A stretch of 56,583 nucleotides of DNA from a virus (taxonomy: Duplodnaviria > Caudoviricetes), in IMG/VR virus record IMGVR_UViG_3300005512_000041, positions 1 through 56,583 of that record. The stretch is one strand, 5' to 3'. Made by a program: the position numbers and the translations under genes. The stretch's first letter is position 1; every line of letters starts with the position of its first letter. The notes beneath the pieces were generated by a model that made no database searches, was not told the origin of the DNA, and saw nothing but the letters and a program-made list of their open reading frames with translations. Of the stretch, positions 54,934 to 56,583 are shown piece by piece.

Positions 54934-55623
54934 ATGCTTGCGATCGAAGACTACAGCAACATCAACCGCCATATCCGATACCACCGGAGCCGCATCGAAT
55001 CCCGCCAGTTGCGCCTTGCCGCGTCTGACGACATGGATGCGTTCGTGCGTGCTCGTTCGAGATTCCCCGGCTACATCCACCCGGCCTTCGACCCGGCGCA
55101 ATCGGCACTGCCTGCCGGGTCCGCTTTTTGGGTCTCCGTAGAGACGGCGTCCGGTGAGATCGTGGCGTGTGCCGCGACCCGGAAATTCGATAATGCGCGT
55201 CTGCTCGACCTGTTCATGTCGCGCCAGGTCTGGCAGTCACGGTGCGCGGTGATCGACGACATGGATCCACTCGACATCGACTGGCCGGATGAGGCTTTGG
55301 GCGTCCGCGGCACATTGGCCATTCACGGATCACTGATCGTGCGAAACGATTATCGCAAGGGCGGCCTGGGCACGCACCTCATACGGCTGGTCCGTGCCGC
55401 CAGCTTGCGCGCATGGCGCCAGGATTGGAACTTCGGACTGGTACGTGCCGAGCTCGAGGCCACGGCGTTCCAGGCCTGCCGCTATGGGTATCCGTTCACC
55501 TGCCGCGCCTACGAAGCGCAGCCGGATTGGGGGCCGAGGCACGACGTCGAGTACCTGAATCTGATCTCTCAGAGCGAGATGTTGGCCGAATATGCCAAAG
55601 AGCCGGAAAACCTGGGATTATGA
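54934..55623 (+). CDS. GNAT-fold acyltransferase-like protein
   Basis: GEIVACAATR strand and HGSLIVRNDYRKGGLG CoA-binding motif A; GAGGT RBS (alternative start 54904). Confidence 0.7.
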   Translation: MLAIEDYSNINRHIRYHRSRIESRQLRLAASDDMDAFVRARSRFPGYIHPAFDPAQSALPAGSAFWVSVETASGEIVACAATRKFDNARLLDLFMSRQVWQSRCAVIDDMDPLDIDWPDEALGVRGTLAIHGSLIVRNDYRKGGLGTHLIRLVRAASLRAWRQDWNFGLVRAELEATAFQACRYGYPFTCRAYEAQPDWGPRHDVEYLNLISQSEMLAEYAKEPENLGL

Positions 55624-56291
55624 ACGATGACCACTGAGGCGATGCAGCCCGGCAGGGGCAACAGAATCCGCTCGTAGTGCCGCCCCTGATCCTCTTCCTC
55701 CGCATACCAGAGCACTTCGGAGAACATCGGGCGCTCCGTGTGCCGCACCCAGAGGTAATCTAGGGTCGCCGCAGCAGCGTAGACCCCGGACCTGCCCTCC
55801 CCCAGCACCATACCCGTCCGGTCCACGCCAGACGCCTCAACGACATGGGGTGCGTGCCTGACGATCCGGAACGGCTCGCCGGCGGAAGGCGTTTCTATGA
55901 TCGACGCTCGCTGATCGGCCTCAATGGCAGCAAAGTCGCCGGCCGCCCACGACGCGACAAGACCTTTGAATGGCTCGGCCGTCGCCGGCCGCAACCGCCT
56001 GAGCACAAAGCCGCGATCGTCGCTTGCCTCGCGATGCTCAATCCCGCGTGACGCGCGCCACATCGGGTGATCGCGGAACCCCTTCTCGATCGACAGAAGC
56101 GTTTTCAGCGTGGCGCTCCAGCCCGGCGCATCCATCCGACGCACCATGGGCTCCGACACCTGCGCCCGCTTGGCGATCTTGCGGTAGCTCCACCGCTCCG
56201 AAGAATCGGCCAGCAGCGCCCTGGCAAGTTCCTGGCAGTCGCGATGGAGCAAGGTGCTGACGGCTGCGACTTTGCTTCTGGCTGTGAGCAT
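55569..56291 (-). CDS. HTH plus PAS-like (PAS_5-type) regulator
   Basis: N-terminal SYRKIAKRAQVSEPMVRRM..PGW..TLKTL HTH; C-terminal FRIVRH...GVDRTG...DY......P...YERILLPL; GGAGG RBS. Confidence 0.7.
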   Translation of the reverse strand: MLTARSKVAAVSTLLHRDCQELARALLADSSERWSYRKIAKRAQVSEPMVRRMDAPGWSATLKTLLSIEKGFRDHPMWRASRGIEHREASDDRGFVLRRLRPATAEPFKGLVASWAAGDFAAIEADQRASIIETPSAGEPFRIVRHAPHVVEASGVDRTGMVLGEGRSGVYAAAATLDYLWVRHTERPMFSEVLWYAEEEDQGRHYERILLPLPGCIASVVIVHNPRFSGSLAYSANISL

Positions 56292-56356
56292 TGGACCCTC
56301 CGTCCCCTGCCGATTCGCTAAAGAATAGTTGTTCGCATTGTGAGGTCATACAACCG

Positions 56357-56385
56357 TTGACGTGCGAAATAATTTTCGCAACCAT
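56357..56385 (+). promoter_or_regulatory. Promoter with 18-bp palindromic operator
   Basis: TTGACG (56357-56362) directly followed by TGCGAAA-TAAT-TTTCGCA (56363-56380); related half site ending at 56337. Confidence 0.65.
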
Positions 56386-56431
56386 TAACAGAATGCGCCC
56401 CGCCAAGGACGCCCTCTTTCGGGAGAACGCC

Positions 56432-56583
56432 ATGCAAGACCCGAACGGCTTCGCCAATGACGTTGCCCTTTCCCCCGCCCAATCACGACGGCTGCGCGAG
56501 ATCGTCGCGGCCATGGAAAACCCAGATCCGGACAATACGTCGGTAGCTGCTGCGCGGGCTCTTTTTCAGGCCGCGGCCGAAAT
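56432..56583 (+). CDS. Small ORF cut by the window end (68 aa if joined to position 1)
   Basis: GGGAG RBS; MQDPNGFANDVALSPAQSRRLREIVAAM...; the frame stays open across a 56583/1 join to TGA at 50-52. Confidence 0.6.
   Translation, partial: MQDPNGFANDVALSPAQSRRLREIVAAMENPDPDNTSVAAARALFQAAAE

Larger units (their letters stand above)
1..56583. mobile_element. Temperate podovirus-like phage of an alphaproteobacterium, near-complete genome, apparently in excised (attP) configuration
   Basis: Integrase, attP-like site, cI/cro, replication, terminase, portal, capsid, tail, ejection and lysis genes all present; no host housekeeping genes; no tape measure or sheath. Confidence 0.93.

Overview
The window reads as an essentially complete (~56.6 kb), high-GC temperate phage genome of an alphaproteobacterium (it carries GcrA and GapR homologs), probably circularly permuted. 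Its podovirus-type virion module has an N4-gp56-like capsid, a large portal, tubular tail proteins, ejection proteins and no tape measure. Order on + strand: early operon (1-6800: small ORFs, RecT, Xis-like protein, tyrosine integrase); attP-like site carrying the 3' half of tRNA-Glu; an amber-interrupted C5 DNA methyltransferase with a nested alternative-frame ORF; a serine recombinase (on -) and morons. The long - strand block holds spanins and endolysin, a 4151-aa DarB-like polyvalent protein, ejection, tail and head genes, terminase, replication initiator, DnaB, MT-A70, GcrA, VRR-NUC, GapR and a structured non-coding region. The cro/cI switch follows near the right end. Best candidate for a new system: next to a CI-like repressor that lacks an autocleavage domain sit a GNAT-fold acyltransferase, a convergent HTH-PAS protein, and a divergent small ORF with its own palindromic operator. 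This may be a ligand-sensing lysis/lysogeny circuit. Other highlights: a gene overprinted inside the giant protein, a tRNA-shaped ~200-nt RNA, a terminase with two tandem nuclease domains, and a coupled GcrA/MT-A70 pair. All family calls come from motif recognition by eye, not from database searches.
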